Source of the DNA: Neoechinorhynchus agilis | Lineage: Eukaryota; Animalia; Acanthocephala | Length of the DNA: 64,000 nt | Reading direction: 5' to 3' | Assembly (NCBI GenBank): GCA_051530055.1 | Contig: CM121341.1 | Coordinates: 11,758,784-11,822,783, forward strand | In this document: positions 37,768 to 52,910 of the stretch, piece after piece | How positions within the stretch are numbered: the first letter of the stretch is position 1 | Layout: every line of letters begins with the position of its first letter | The notes under the pieces: model-generated | Told to the model about the DNA's origin: nothing | The model's input: the letters and a program-made list of their open reading frames with translations, nothing else | Database searches by the model: none | Program-made: the position numbers and the translations under genes

Positions 37768-38878
37768 TTTCTATTAATTATGCGTTCGACCCACTTTTGA
37801 TTCAAAGATGCGCAAAGAAGTAAATACATTTTCCTAGGAGCACTTGAAATCATATTCATTGATTTATTAAAATGCTAATATATTCGGATAGCATTTAATG
37901 GCGTTTTACCCGCATAAATGGTATTTGGAGCTTGCAATAATTCAGAATTTTTGCATGAAAAATTTCGATAAAAGAGACATTCCTAGTTTGAACCTTTTAT
38001 TATGTGTTCAATCTAAAATTCCCAAAGTTATAATAAACTTTTCGTCAAATAATCTTGCCGTAATGATAACATTAAATCAAATTCTTCGATGAACATTTTT
38101 CAATGATTGATAATTGACTCGTTGTTAGTAAATTAACCCGCCATGTTGTTCAAAGGTGTCCCTAACAAGTGTCGCGGTGAGATGATTTCTAAATCTAGAC
38201 GTACGTCTAACGTTGATCACGATTTAACGCTTCGAAATTTGACTGACAAGCTTGAATTGCAAATAGACCGGGTACAAAAGGAAGGTTCAAGTAAGGTATA
38301 ACAAAGAGACAGGCGACGAACAATGGAGACTAAAGATCAATCGCCGACTGAGAACTGTTACTCGTCTTCATTTTGCATTCTTGGCGGTTCTGGTGAGGTA
38401 AGATGCGTTGCGAAACGTAAAGACGGGACATCCATTGACTCCATCTTCTTTTTTGTCAATTTAAAGGAAAAACTTCAAACAGCATGGGTGGAAAATTTAT
38501 CTGATTTTTCTGTCGCCTTTTGCTTGAAAAAACCGTTGCGTAATGTTTGAACTTCTTTTCGTTCACCAAAGGGAGCGATCTATTAGTGCGCACAATTTTA
38601 ACACCCGGACTCAATATCCACGCGTCCGATTTCAGCTGACAAAAAAGGGAGTTTCTTATTCCTTACGATGGTTAGACATTAGCTGAGAGGGGGTGTTTGG
38701 TGGAAAGGGTGAAGTTCGAAAAGGTGGTTGCTTTGTAAAAAAGTGCACTTGCACTTTGATATTCGTCATTTTGTGGTGGTGGTATGTAGAAGGGTTTTCG
38801 AACTGTCTGCGCCTACTAGAATAATTAACTTTTCTTTTTCTTAATTTGTCCTAATTACCTGATTTGTGTGTGATTTAG

Positions 38879-41113
38879 TCTATTGTCGATTCGAGCGATT
38901 TGACTCCGGTTCAACATATCGATAAATCAGTTACCAGTCTTGGACTTCTAAAAGCAGGACGGCTTGAATTCAGTGCTATTTGCGCTCAGTCGACTAAAGG
39001 ACGGACCGCGAGCACTCGTAGAATTCGAAAGCGAGTGGAGACTACCACCACAACAATAGTCAGGTCCAGATATTTGCCACAAAGGAGGTTTTATTCACCC
39101 CCGCCACATAAAAAAGAAAACATGATACATTCTCCACAAATGGTAAGTCAATCTTCGCGTTCGTTCAAACAGGAACGTGGAGTCACAGAGATCAGTCATG
39201 GGAACGATACGATTATGGCTGCTGAGGAACAGTATATGGAACATAAACCTATTTTGGTTAAAGAACTCATCGAGACGGTAGAGTTATGCAAACCTGAAAA
39301 ATGGGCTCGACCGCTCATTGAACATATTTCGGAGACCTGTGTGACGATGGTGAAGGACGGTAAACCGACGATGATAGATTGCTGTGAAGATGGTACGGGA
39401 CGAGTTGACCTAGAGACTCTGTACATCGTTGAAACTAACGACGGGGATGGAGAGGTTGAACGTGGGAACGAAGATGAAAACGAAACTCGATATGATTTGG
39501 TCACCAGGGTCAAATCAGATGCCACGTTTAGAACTACGATGATCATTTATCATAATGGTCATTCTCTGGACAAAGAAAAAGGATCGTTGGCACCAAGGAA
39601 ACTAACGCCATATGAGAAAAGGGAGTTCATCCATTTGGATGTCGGTTTGGCGGTAGGGATGGAAAAATTCTCTCTTCCTCGTTCGATAGAGGAGGTCAGG
39701 GAGATTTCTAATGATTTATGGGTATCTGTGAATTATCAACTACTAGAAGATGGAAGGCTTTTGGGCTGTGAGCGAAGACCTATTCATTATTTCGCAAAGC
39801 CAATTAGAGAAATGATTATTGACTCGGTAAGGTACATCGCAAATAACCTAAAAGATACCAGTATGACTTTCCCAGTGTTGGTTGTGTCTCATGGAGAACG
39901 AAAGGGAATACAGGACCGGTCATATAAAGAAGAAGATGTAACTTATGCACTCATGTTTAAGTATGGATCAATGCTGGATTTAAAGGAATCGATAAGTGAA
40001 GACCAAAAGAAAGATATTGTGCTTAAGATTTGGAAATATCGAAATGATGAACAAACGAGCATAAAAATTTTACAAGCTAGTTCAGTGACTGAAATTCCTA
40101 TTCATGTTGAGAAAAGTAGCACTAAATCAAAAGATGATCTTTTGACTTTACCGACTTCTCAGCAACTCAGAAAAGCGACGAAACTAACCCTGTCTCCTAT
40201 TCAAATCGCACATATCAATGGGCAGGAGCAAAGTGGTGTCGCTGGAAATTTAGAAACCAGAAATGAACTAAACAAGAGACCATTGGCTGAAAGTCTTACT
40301 GGCTCCGCTAATCAAGGGTTCAGAATGAGACTATCACCATATTTATCCAAAACAAATGAAAGTGAAGTTCCCATTGAGGTATCTAAGAAACAAGAGGATG
40401 AACGATTGAATAAACGTCAGATACAAGCACCAAAACCAATAAGTATTCCGGTTAATTTCGCTGATTCTATTGGCTATCAAAAGCAAAGACTTATTCGAGA
40501 TGGTCAAAATGGATTTGAGTATGCAAAAGCGCTTGCGGCTGGATATACGTCAAATAGAGCACCGTCAACGCACGATCGAAGACAAATAAGTGTTAATATG
40601 AGTAATCGTAAAGAGGTGCATTTAAAAGAAAAATCTCTAACCCTGCCCAAGAAAGCTGAACCACGTCGCCGGGCTCGGGCTGATCAACAATACGAACGAT
40701 CCTCCCGGTTTGCTCGTAGCACAACGAATGAAAAACGTCAACCAATAGTCCTGCAAAGGAAGGAAATGGTCGGTCAAACACTTGATCAGCTCAGAAAATC
40801 GATTAGGAGACATCCGCAGGACACATACCAGGCAATTTCCGATGACTTACCTCGGTCAAGTTCATGGGGTCATCTAAATAGAAATAGCCGTCAGGTTCGC
40901 GCTAAACTTATCCCGGTGCTTCACTCAGGGAACACAAGAGAGTATTTCGCAAGGGTTGAAGATTATTTAAACGATTTTTCGGCTCAGTCGATTAGAAGGA
41001 GCTATTCTATGAGCTATTTGCAAAAAGGTGGGCCGAATAGAATGCAATGGATACGGATTCCCGGCGAAGTTATCAAGATTGAAGAAGAAAGAGTAAACCA
41101 GTCTTCCATGTAA
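38879..41113 (+). CDS. Large orphan protein (long terminal exon; upstream exons uncertain)
   Basis: Stop-free frame of more than 2.2 kb starting after a TTTAG acceptor at 38878. No domain recognised. Confidence 0.6.
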   Translation, partial: SIVDSSDLTPVQHIDKSVTSLGLLKAGRLEFSAICAQSTKGRTASTRRIRKRVETTTTTIVRSRYLPQRRFYSPPPHKKENMIHSPQMVSQSSRSFKQERGVTEISHGNDTIMAAEEQYMEHKPILVKELIETVELCKPEKWARPLIEHISETCVTMVKDGKPTMIDCCEDGTGRVDLETLYIVETNDGDGEVERGNEDENETRYDLVTRVKSDATFRTTMIIYHNGHSLDKEKGSLAPRKLTPYEKREFIHLDVGLAVGMEKFSLPRSIEEVREISNDLWVSVNYQLLEDGRLLGCERRPIHYFAKPIREMIIDSVRYIANNLKDTSMTFPVLVVSHGERKGIQDRSYKEEDVTYALMFKYGSMLDLKESISEDQKKDIVLKIWKYRNDEQTSIKILQASSVTEIPIHVEKSSTKSKDDLLTLPTSQQLRKATKLTLSPIQIAHINGQEQSGVAGNLETRNELNKRPLAESLTGSANQGFRMRLSPYLSKTNESEVPIEVSKKQEDERLNKRQIQAPKPISIPVNFADSIGYQKQRLIRDGQNGFEYAKALAAGYTSNRAPSTHDRRQISVNMSNRKEVHLKEKSLTLPKKAEPRRRARADQQYERSSRFARSTTNEKRQPIVLQRKEMVGQTLDQLRKSIRRHPQDTYQAISDDLPRSSSWGHLNRNSRQVRAKLIPVLHSGNTREYFARVEDYLNDFSAQSIRRSYSMSYLQKGGPNRMQWIRIPGEVIKIEEERVNQSSM

Positions 41114-41472
41114 AAGGCAGTACTTTCTGATTGTTTTTAGATCACAAATCTTCTTCTGTTGTAAAAATTGGCGGAATAATTATAAAAGTCGTTCTAATTT
41201 TTTACCATCGATTTGACCCCTTTATGTTATGACTCATAGATTTTGCAATATTCAGCGTCCAAAATTCACAAATTAATGTGCTTTCATACATCTCAGATAC
41301 AGTGCCAATCGAATTTGATTATTGGAAAATGTGGCGATCGTGCTAGAACATTTAGTTTGTCTTAATATCCGTATTAGTGTTACTAGGAATTAGTGCAAGC
41401 TCGAAAAAATTAATCCAATGGGTTTGTTTAAAATATCGAAGGTTTAGAACGTGATAGATTGGTATAGTCGAG

Positions 41473-42306
41473 ATGAAGAATCAACGAACTCGTAGCATGC
41501 CGAGCCAGTACTCTCAAGTGGCAGAGTACAGGGAACTTCCTTACGACATGAGGTATTGGAATATCATACACTTGTTGAACGCGGAACAGGCAACCGGAAA
41601 ACAAATGACACCGAATTTATGGTGTCAGGCGGAGGACTGGGTATTCGACGAAAACTCTGGTATACCAAAAGAGTGTCTCACTGCACGTGATATTCTATCT
41701 CCTCGATTTAAGGCTACTACACCTGCTGATTCCGTCCTGAAATGGTTCTTATCGTATGATTCCAATGCAGAGAAAGTCAGTTCTCGGTACCAACGGCGCT
41801 TGACTAAATTCGGTATACCGAAGAGTGACAAACCACAGTCATCGCTGAAGACTTCGTCTAAAATCGATGTAACCAAAGACCTATCTAGCTATAAAGTTCA
41901 CGAGAAGTTGGTAAGATACGAAAAGCTACCCGATAGGATGGTTCCGGCTCATTCAATGAATCGAGGCAGAGTAAAATTGAGGAAGCACGAAGCCGTGTCT
42001 AACACTAGAGAACGCACTGCTTCTAACTATTATGCAGCTATTGGAGGAGATGGAAACTACACTGCTGGATACCCTGCACAATCATCATTCCAACGGCTTA
42101 GACCACAACAACGGAGTCTGTCAGCCGCCCGTATTTACTCAACAGCACACCAACAACGATGCCATAGTGGTAGTCGCATCTTTGAACAGCAACAACATCA
42201 TGGGCAACACAGTGGCCAGAGTTTTCAGGCCATTCGACAACCGTCTTTGAGCGTCTTTCAGCAGCACTCATCCCGCAATAATGGCAATCAATACTGTCAT
42301 TTCTGA
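41473..42306 (+). CDS. Orphan protein with Q/H-rich C-terminus
   Basis: 834-nt ORF downstream of the large orphan. May be part of the same locus. Confidence 0.45.
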   Translation: MKNQRTRSMPSQYSQVAEYRELPYDMRYWNIIHLLNAEQATGKQMTPNLWCQAEDWVFDENSGIPKECLTARDILSPRFKATTPADSVLKWFLSYDSNAEKVSSRYQRRLTKFGIPKSDKPQSSLKTSSKIDVTKDLSSYKVHEKLVRYEKLPDRMVPAHSMNRGRVKLRKHEAVSNTRERTASNYYAAIGGDGNYTAGYPAQSSFQRLRPQQRSLSAARIYSTAHQQRCHSGSRIFEQQQHHGQHSGQSFQAIRQPSLSVFQQHSSRNNGNQYCHF

Positions 42307-42827
42307 AAGGCAACATAGAAAATAGCTTACAAAAAATCGATATCTTTAGCTGGCATTGGACGTAGTTCAATTGAGAACCGAGAAATCTGATCAGGCATGT
42401 ATTCATCAGCATGTGAAGATTGTTCACTGTCAATATTCACACACGCTACTTCAATGTTCTATTTCGTTTTTAACGAAATCAATTTGACGTCTCAGTTACC
42501 CGAGATAAAAACAGTTAAAGCATTTTGACCAATTTTAAAACATGTTACCCGTAAATATTCGTAGAAATGCAATAGTGTCAGAAATGTACTATTCTAAAAT
42601 CGTCAGGATCTAAATTTTGATACGTGATCGATTATTCACCGAGATGGCGAAAAATCGATCATGTAGGTTAGGACAATGGTTTTTTACTCGAAAACAAGTT
42701 GAGTATAACATTTTTCTTTCTATTTTGTGTCTGGCTAGCCGTTACATTTTTTCACTAGGTGTTGTGAACATCAATTATATTGTTGGTAATTTTCCATGGG
42801 CACACTGACCACTGATCTGGGTCAGGA

Positions 42828-42990
42828 AGTGATTGAATCACTTAGATCCTGAACCGTTCGGTTATGAGTTTGAACATTCCTCCGGATCCTCCGATACTTC
42901 CCGGAGGCTGGACTCATAAGTGAGTTTCCTCCCTTCAGCGGTATTTCGTCCCCTTGGTTGTGGGTCATTGGCGATAGGGTCAAAGAGAAA
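42828..42990 (+). repeat. Dispersed paralogue of 22320-22470
   Basis: Shares GTGATTGAATCACTTAGA...CATTCCTCCGGAT...CTTCAGCGGTATTT...TTGTGGGTCATTGG. Confidence 0.75.
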
Positions 42991-44290
42991 ATTATTCAAC
43001 GGTAAACTTGTTTCTAATATCCACTATATCGTATTAAACTAATCATTTTCTACCATTAACATATTTAAGTTCCAGATTCGTGTTTTCGGGCATAAGGAAT
43101 GCCATAAACATACCGCTAAAATTTTCATGGTAAAACATTTTATCGGTTATTTGGTCATAATCATTGGGAATAGCCTTTAGAGCTGCTCGAAGAGAATGGA
43201 GAATTGAACGAAGTGATTAGTTAGTGAGAGAGGCGTTTCCACGATAAATACTTTTGCTACGCACCTAAACATATCATTTACTTGTCAGTTTTACCCCGGG
43301 TAGAGCCGCCTTAGACGTCAAGGAGATATTTCTTTCAATTTGATAGTGGACAGCGAAAATGTGATAATTTTTCGTTTGTATAGGCAATTTCGGGAGAAAA
43401 CTTTCGCTGATATTTAGGTACAGAAGACGAAAAAAAAACGGCTAGTGAAATCGCGGCCATTTTCCGGCTATTTAACAGATTTCAAAAGCGTAAATTCTTG
43501 AAAAATTCAGATGCAAAAGGTAAAATGGCGGATTCGACAATGAATATTTTCGCTTCTTCTAATCAATTAGTAACATTCTATACTAATTGAATAAAAAAAC
43601 AGAAAGTGTTGCAAATTGAAATGCGAGTATTTATAAGTTTTTAACCGATTTCGAAAGCCCAAGTTCGTGAAGCTTGTATGTAAAAACTGGAAATGATAAA
43701 GCTGCGAATGCAAATACGATTATTTTGGAGTTTTTAAGAAGTTTCAGAATCAAATATTGCAAAAAGGTTGATAACAGTAAGGAAAATAATGAAGCAACCC
43801 ATTTAAATCTAATTAGTTTCCATTCTTCCAATAGATATCGAGAACAAATACTGCCAAACAATCCTGTGAATTTATCAAGGTTTTTTGTGAGAAGCATAAG
43901 ATTTTGCCGAAATATCGGACCTAATAAACTACTTCAATTTTTACACCATATAAAAGGGCATCAACAATTTAATCTTAAAACAAAAATACGATTGACAATG
44001 GTTATTTTTCGTTATCATAGGCGACTTCGAGAGCAAAATGCCCCAATATTCGTATACGGAGACGGAAATAATAAAGCTACTGATAAGTCGCATTCGTCTC
44101 AAATCTTTTTCAGAATTTGATCGAAGTAAAATTTCACCCCGAAAAACTATTTTAAATGTTTAACTGTTTTAGGGTTAAAAATCATGGTTAAAAGATCCAA
44201 AAAATCATCCTCCATATAAAAATGAATTGTGTTTTCTATCATTCCCTCTCTTGCGTTCAATAATATCCTTATACGATCCGCCAGCGTGTT

Positions 44291-45063
44291 TTAGTCAACA
44301 ACGAGTTCGTTCATACAAGCATACCTCGATAAGAGCATGTACAATACTCGGAACCACTTCAATTGACTTTTATATTTTCTCATTGCGTTAAGACTGAACG
44401 ACAGCGGGCACACTGCCTTGTATCCTTTATAAAGCGCATTGAATGGTAGTTCAAATAACGACAAATACTTTCTCCATAAAGACACGGATCGTAGTCTGTA
44501 AACCGTGATTCCGGAATGAAACGGAAAATACGTGCGTCCAATCGATCTATGATTCACATGTCCACTGATTCCATACGAATCAAAAGTGATCACATTCGGA
44601 CAGTTGGCCTGGGTGGTGACATTTTCGACAATGTCAATAATCTGATCGGAATCATAAAAAACGTGAGGATCATCGGGAAACGGCGTGGACGGGGTGATCG
44701 TTGTGGATCTTTACTTGATCTAATACCTGTAATAGACCCACATTCCTTTAAGTGTCCACTTACATTTAAAGCCTGAGTTGCTTTTATGATCTCCATACGT
44801 CTGATACGCTCATCAGTGTTGTAGTTTCCAGCGGATAATGAAAGCAAGTAAACAGAGTGTCCTTGGGATCTCAATGAAAATATCGTTGGGGCGAAAAACA
44901 TGCACTCATCGTCCGGATGTGCAAAAACAATTACAAAGCATTGATTCTTAGTGTCCGGAAACTGACCGGAGTTGTACCACGAAGTAAATTGCGGTACCAT
45001 CAATAAATAGTGACATAGTGCCAGGTAGAAGAGCATTGGACGGATAACGAAACGCACGAACAT
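44291..45063 (-). CDS. PIGL: GlcNAc-PI de-N-acetylase PIG-L; 44-nt GT-AG intron (44720-44763) followed by an in-frame TAA (44711-44713)
   Basis: AHPDDECMFFAPT, LLSLSAGNY, FPDDP, ITFDSYGISGHVNH and LRSVSLWRKY. The stop makes this copy either a pseudogene or an assembly error. Confidence 0.85.
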
Positions 45064-47664
45064 CTACCAACCTGACAGGGGGGAGGTTTAGTCTGCCAGA
45101 GATCTTTAAAAAATTAAATGTCTATTGTTTCTTTTGATATACGAGCAGGAATGGTACTTCAAGTGCAATTTTCATTCTCGGTTTGTTAACTTGTATGGAT
45201 TCGACAATAGGGATTATGAATATATTTTTAGTCTCTAGTTTCTCGTTTTAAATCAAAAATTCCTTACTTATTTCAAGGGTATCGATCTCATATCGAAGGA
45301 AATGCTATTATGTGGCGCATTAGAATTTTTAACTAATGGATATGGAATTTATCGCGAAATCGTTTCTCAAATACAATCTTTGCTTTGGCACAAAAATTAG
45401 GTATAAAATGCAAATAGTCTAACTTAATGTTGAAGATAAAGAAGAATAACGTTTCTAGTGCTATTTTGTGTACTAGTTTTTAACGCCTTCGTACTTACGT
45501 CGTTGGTATAAAAACAAGGGTGATTCGAATTGCTAAACAAATTATGTTTGTTAAAATAGCGTGGCTCAGATTTTGGCCCTCTTCGAGTCACAAAAGAAGA
45601 GTTAAAAATGCTGGAAATATACGCTTTTTATCCTATATAGAAGATTTAATTTGCGTAAAATTGATCCCGATTAAAAAGGGTACTGTCTTGACATTAAATG
45701 ATGAACTTCCGTCTTAATTTTTCTTGAATCGCCGACGTATTTAAACTATATAAATTTCTCATAATATGTTAAGAGTTCAAACACAATGAGGCTAAAGAGA
45801 TCATGCAAAATGAAACTTCTGCGTAATCTACAGCCGTGGTACGAGTAAAGAAATGTCTGCGATCATAGACGACAATTTAGTGCAATTCAAAAATCAACGA
45901 TAGGGGCACCGGGTCAAAAGGCCGAAGTTCCAATCGATTTCGCGGTGAGATTTCCATTAATATTTTAGATGGCATATTAACTAATGTAGAAGGAACTTTG
46001 AGTTATACCTTTTTTGGATTTTCATCGGATTTAAACATAGACAAGAGAATTCTACCATTGACTTTGTATTTATCACCTAATTAAATACCGTTTAAATCAT
46101 TAAAAATATATTATTGATTATTTTTCGATTGACCTACTTTATTAGTTTAATTGAAAAAACCTAAGGCACGAGCAACGTGAAAATAGGCGGATCTAAGTAT
46201 GCGAAAGCGGCTACTTTTCCATCGAATTTAGAACATTGGTTGATAGACAGCTGCGAAAACCGAGATTAATCGGTTAATAGTCGCCGGCTGACAAACTGAA
46301 TTGGTAAGACATTTCCCTGCTGCGACGAAGACAGTCTTTAAGATGGTGACAATGATGAGTGAGTAATCAAAGGATAAGACTATAGGTTATTTGAATAATT
46401 TCCTAGCGCTTTTAATGACGAATTTTTAGTACTCCCTTCATCCTAATCAACTCCAATAACCTCAATTTCGATGGCTTATTTGCGCCAGCACTTGAATTTT
46501 GATTGATCGGACTTTTTGCGTGTCGGACGCTCGTGAGTCCCTAAAAAGTGATATTAAAACACTCGGATTGCTTAGAATTATTGTTCAGGTTTTCAATCGG
46601 TAAATAATTTTTTATTAAAACCACTTGTATTTTAGAACTGATGTTGAACCCGAAGAGGTTCGAAACGTTTTTTACTTTAATCATATACCCCGGTACCTCC
46701 CATATAGGCACTACGATTGCTTTAATTTTTATCCTTATGAATTTAACCCACAACACTAAATAGTCGTAATTTTTTAAAATTTAAAAATAGATTTCGTAGT
46801 ATTCGTGAACATGGCTGAACTTTTGCAATTTCTATTGCTTCTCTTTATTCACTAAATTAAGAATGTTCAAATTGTAATTATTTCACGAATCAATATTAAC
46901 AATAGTTGAAGAACTTTCAACCAACAAAAGTATTTTGCATCAAAAACAGCTTTTAACTTTAATCCGTTCTTTGAAGGAAAATATTAAAACGAGCGAGCTT
47001 AAATTCGGATTTTCGACAGTGAGCCATCATGAGTACGACTCGCGCTTTAAATTAACAATCTAGACGCAATTAAGTAAGCGACAAAGGCAAATAAGCGAAT
47101 TGATGCTACTTCATGATCGTCTTTTATACTGCAATGAAAAGCCTAACGATTGTACACCCCTTTAAAATTCTACAATTTTATTCGCACGTTCCTTTGAAGA
47201 AAGCGTGTTTTTTACTATTCAGATCATTTAAAAGCCTGAAAACATCTGAGATTGCAAACTTCGCACTAAGATTTAAACGGTAGAGAACTCAAGGATTAGC
47301 AAGTCTCGCTCGAGTTTAAATTCACGAAATTACCCATGACCACATCAGATATTCTATATTCAACGAACCCCCTAGAAGTTAACACCAAAAATTAAATCTT
47401 ATCTGATAGATAAGATACGGATATTTTTGAAGATGACTCATTTCCCAAGAACGCAATTGAAAACCAGAAGTTTGAAATAAAACCATTCACTTAATCGAAC
47501 GATGCTCTTTCCATCAATTTTACACGTGTGATGCGCAACCAGACTCCTTTTTTTACTTCCTTATACTCGGCACGCACACGAGAAAAAAACAATTGTACAT
47601 TTGTGGGTTTTCTCTCACATTCGTTGGTCATCTTGTGGCTAGACTGACAAATGTGCCACGTCTA

Positions 47665-50244
<2,580 letters not shown>

Positions 50245-50474
50245 GTCTAAAAAAGAAGAAGATTGCCCAGGATCTTAGGGCGATGGAAGGCACCAATTGC
50301 CTCAATACAGTGTTCTGTACCAGAGAAACGTCGCTCCTCTGTCTACAACGGCACATGCACTATGCAGTTTCCTTTCGTTTTAGGAGGTGGCGTGTAGGCG
50401 ACCCCAACACTGTCTCGGAGAACACGTGGCGGTTGAGACAGGTAGAGACGCCGAGGAATGGGACATGTTGCCGG

Positions 50475-52910
50475 TGAATGGAACAGATGAACTGCTGCTG
50501 CTCGTAAAGGCACAAACGATATTGTCGAGTAGAGACGACTAAGTAAACTTAAGCTGACGGCAAATTGTTTCAGTAACTATATGTGGCAGCATTTTATCCA
50601 CTCGGTGAGTCATGGGTTCGAGGAGTAGAGATTTCTATCAAAATACGGGAACCCTCGACTTTGAAACTCACGTAGTTCAATTTTGTATATCCATAATAAA
50701 ATAACCCAACAAGCAACTTTGCCCTTTTTGCACTTGAATAGAACAGATGAACAGCAGTTGCTGCTCTTTAAGGCGATAAACGATCTTGTCGAGTAGAGAC
50801 GAACAAGTAAATCTAAGATGTCGGTAGATTGTCTTAGGGACTTCATGTGACAGTATTTTATCTACTCGAGGAGTTATGGGTTCGAGGAGTAGATTTCTAT
50901 TAAAATACCGGAAACCGCGACTTTGTAACTCACGTCCTCTGATTTGGTAGATCTATAAAAAAATCCTCAACCGGTAACAGTGCCCTTTTTGCATTTGATG
51001 GAACAGATGAACTGCGGCTGTTGTTCTTTAAGGCGATAAACGATCTTGTCGAGTAGAGACGACCAAGTAAACTTAAGCCGACGGCAAATTGTTTCAGCAA
51101 ATATATGTGACAGTATTTTATCCACCCGAGGATTCATGGTTTCGAGGAGTAGATTTCTATTAAAATACACGAAAAACCTTAAGTTTGAAACTCATGTCCC
51201 GTTGTTTGGTAGATATATAAGAAAATAACCCAACAAGCAACTTTGCCCTTTTTGCATTTGAATGGAACCGATGAACAGCGGCTGCTGCTCTTTAAGGCGA
51301 TGAGCGATCTTGTCGAGTAGAGACGAACAAGTAAATCTAAGATGCGGCAGATTGTTCCTCTAAACGTATTTTATCAACTTGAAGGGTCGGGAGTTCAAGG
51401 TGTAGATTTCTATTAAAATACCGGAAACCCCGACGTTGAAACTACACGTCCTGTTATTTCGTAGATTTATAAAAATTCCCCAACCGGAAACCCTGCACTT
51501 TTGGCATTTGAATGGAACAGATGAAAAGCGGCTGCTGCTCTTTAAGGCGATAAACGATCTTGTCTAGTAGAGATGATTAAGGAAACCTAAGCCATCGGCA
51601 GAATGTCTCCGTAACTCCACGTTACAGTATTTTATTCACTAGAGGAGCCGTGGGTTCGAGGAGTAGAAATTTCTATTAAAATACGGGATACCTCGACTTT
51701 GAAACTCGCGTCCTCTAATTTCGTAGATCTATAAAAAAATTCCCAAACCAAGAACATTGCCCATCTTGCATTTGAATGGAGCAGATGAGCTGCGGCTGTT
51801 GTTATTTAAGGCGATAAACGATCTTGTCGAGTAGAGACGACCAAGTAAACTTAAGCCGACGGCAGATTGTCTTAATAACTTCATGTAGCAGTATTTCGTC
51901 AACTTGAGGAGTCGTGGGTTCGATGAGTATATTTCTGTTAAAATACCGGAAACCTCGACTTTGAAACTCACGTCCTCTGATTTCGTAGAACTATAAGAAA
52001 ATAACCTAACAGGGAGCCTTGCACTTTTGGCATTTGAATGGAACAGATGAACAGCGGCTGCAGCTCTTTAAGGTGATAAACGATCTTGTCTAGTAGAGAT
52101 GATTAAGGAAACCTAAGCCATCGGCAGAATGTTTCAGTAACTCCACGTTACAGTATTTTATTCACTAGAGGAGCCGTGGGTTCGAGACGTAGAAATTTTT
52201 ATTAAAATACGGGATACCTCGACTTTGAAACTCGCGTCCTCTGATTTCGTTGATCTATAAAAATTTGCCAACCAAGAACAGTGCCCTTTTTGCATTTGAA
52301 TGGAGCAGATGAGCTGCGGCTGCTGCCCTTTAAGACGATCAAAAATCTTGCCTAGTAGAGATGATTAAGGAAACCTAAACCATCGGCAGAATGTCTCAGT
52401 AACTCCACGTTACAGTATTTTATTCACTAGAGGAGCCGTGGGTTCGAGGCGTAGAAATTTCTATTAAAATACGGGATTCCTCGACTTTGAAACTCGCGTC
52501 CTCTAATTTCGTAGATCTATAAAAATTTGCCAACCAAGAACAGTGCCCTTTTTGCATTTGATGGAACAGATTAACAGCGGCTGCTGCTCTTTAAGGCAAT
52601 GAACGATCTTGTAGAGTAGAGACAACCAAGTAAATCTAAGACGTCGGTATATTGTCTTCGTAACTTCATGTAGCAGTATTTTATCAACTTGAGGGGTCGT
52701 GGGTTCGAGGAGTATATTTCTGTTAAAATACGGGAAACCTCGACTTTTAAACTCACGTCCTCTGATTTCGTAAAACTATAAGAAAATAACCTAACAGGGA
52801 GCCTTGCACGTTTGGCATTTGAATGGAACGGATGAACAGCGACTGCTGTTCTTTAAGGCAATGAACGATCTTGTCGAGTAGAGACGACCAAGTAAACTTA
52901 AGCTGACTGC
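50475..52910. repeat. Tandem satellite, unit about 261 bp, about 9.3 copies
   Basis: GAATGGAACAGATGAAC...GATCTTGTC.AGTAGAGA recurs at about 50475, 50737, 50997, 51260, 51510, 51775, 52036, 52298, 52560 and 52821. Confidence 0.9.

Noticed and set aside
34471-37777. Many overlapping antisense or alternative-frame ORFs in the ORF track
   Set aside because: They are shadows of the GC-richer retroelement coding sequence with no independent motifs.
34449-37778. TATTAAT as target-site duplication of the CRE element
   Set aside because: It is a low-complexity AT motif and would leave only a 4-nt 5' UTR. It could be chance.
44690-44770. Fourth non-canonical hairpin intron in PIG-L (for example 38 nt between TAAAG repeats)
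   Set aside because: It does not fit the 2-nt/4-nt stem geometry. A canonical 44-nt intron plus one stop gives the better alignment.
50475-52910. CRISPR array, tRNA/SINE cluster or repeat protein in the satellite
   Set aside because: There are no unique spacers, GGTTCGAG lacks the rest of a B-box or cloverleaf, and the short ORFs are broken inconsistently between units.
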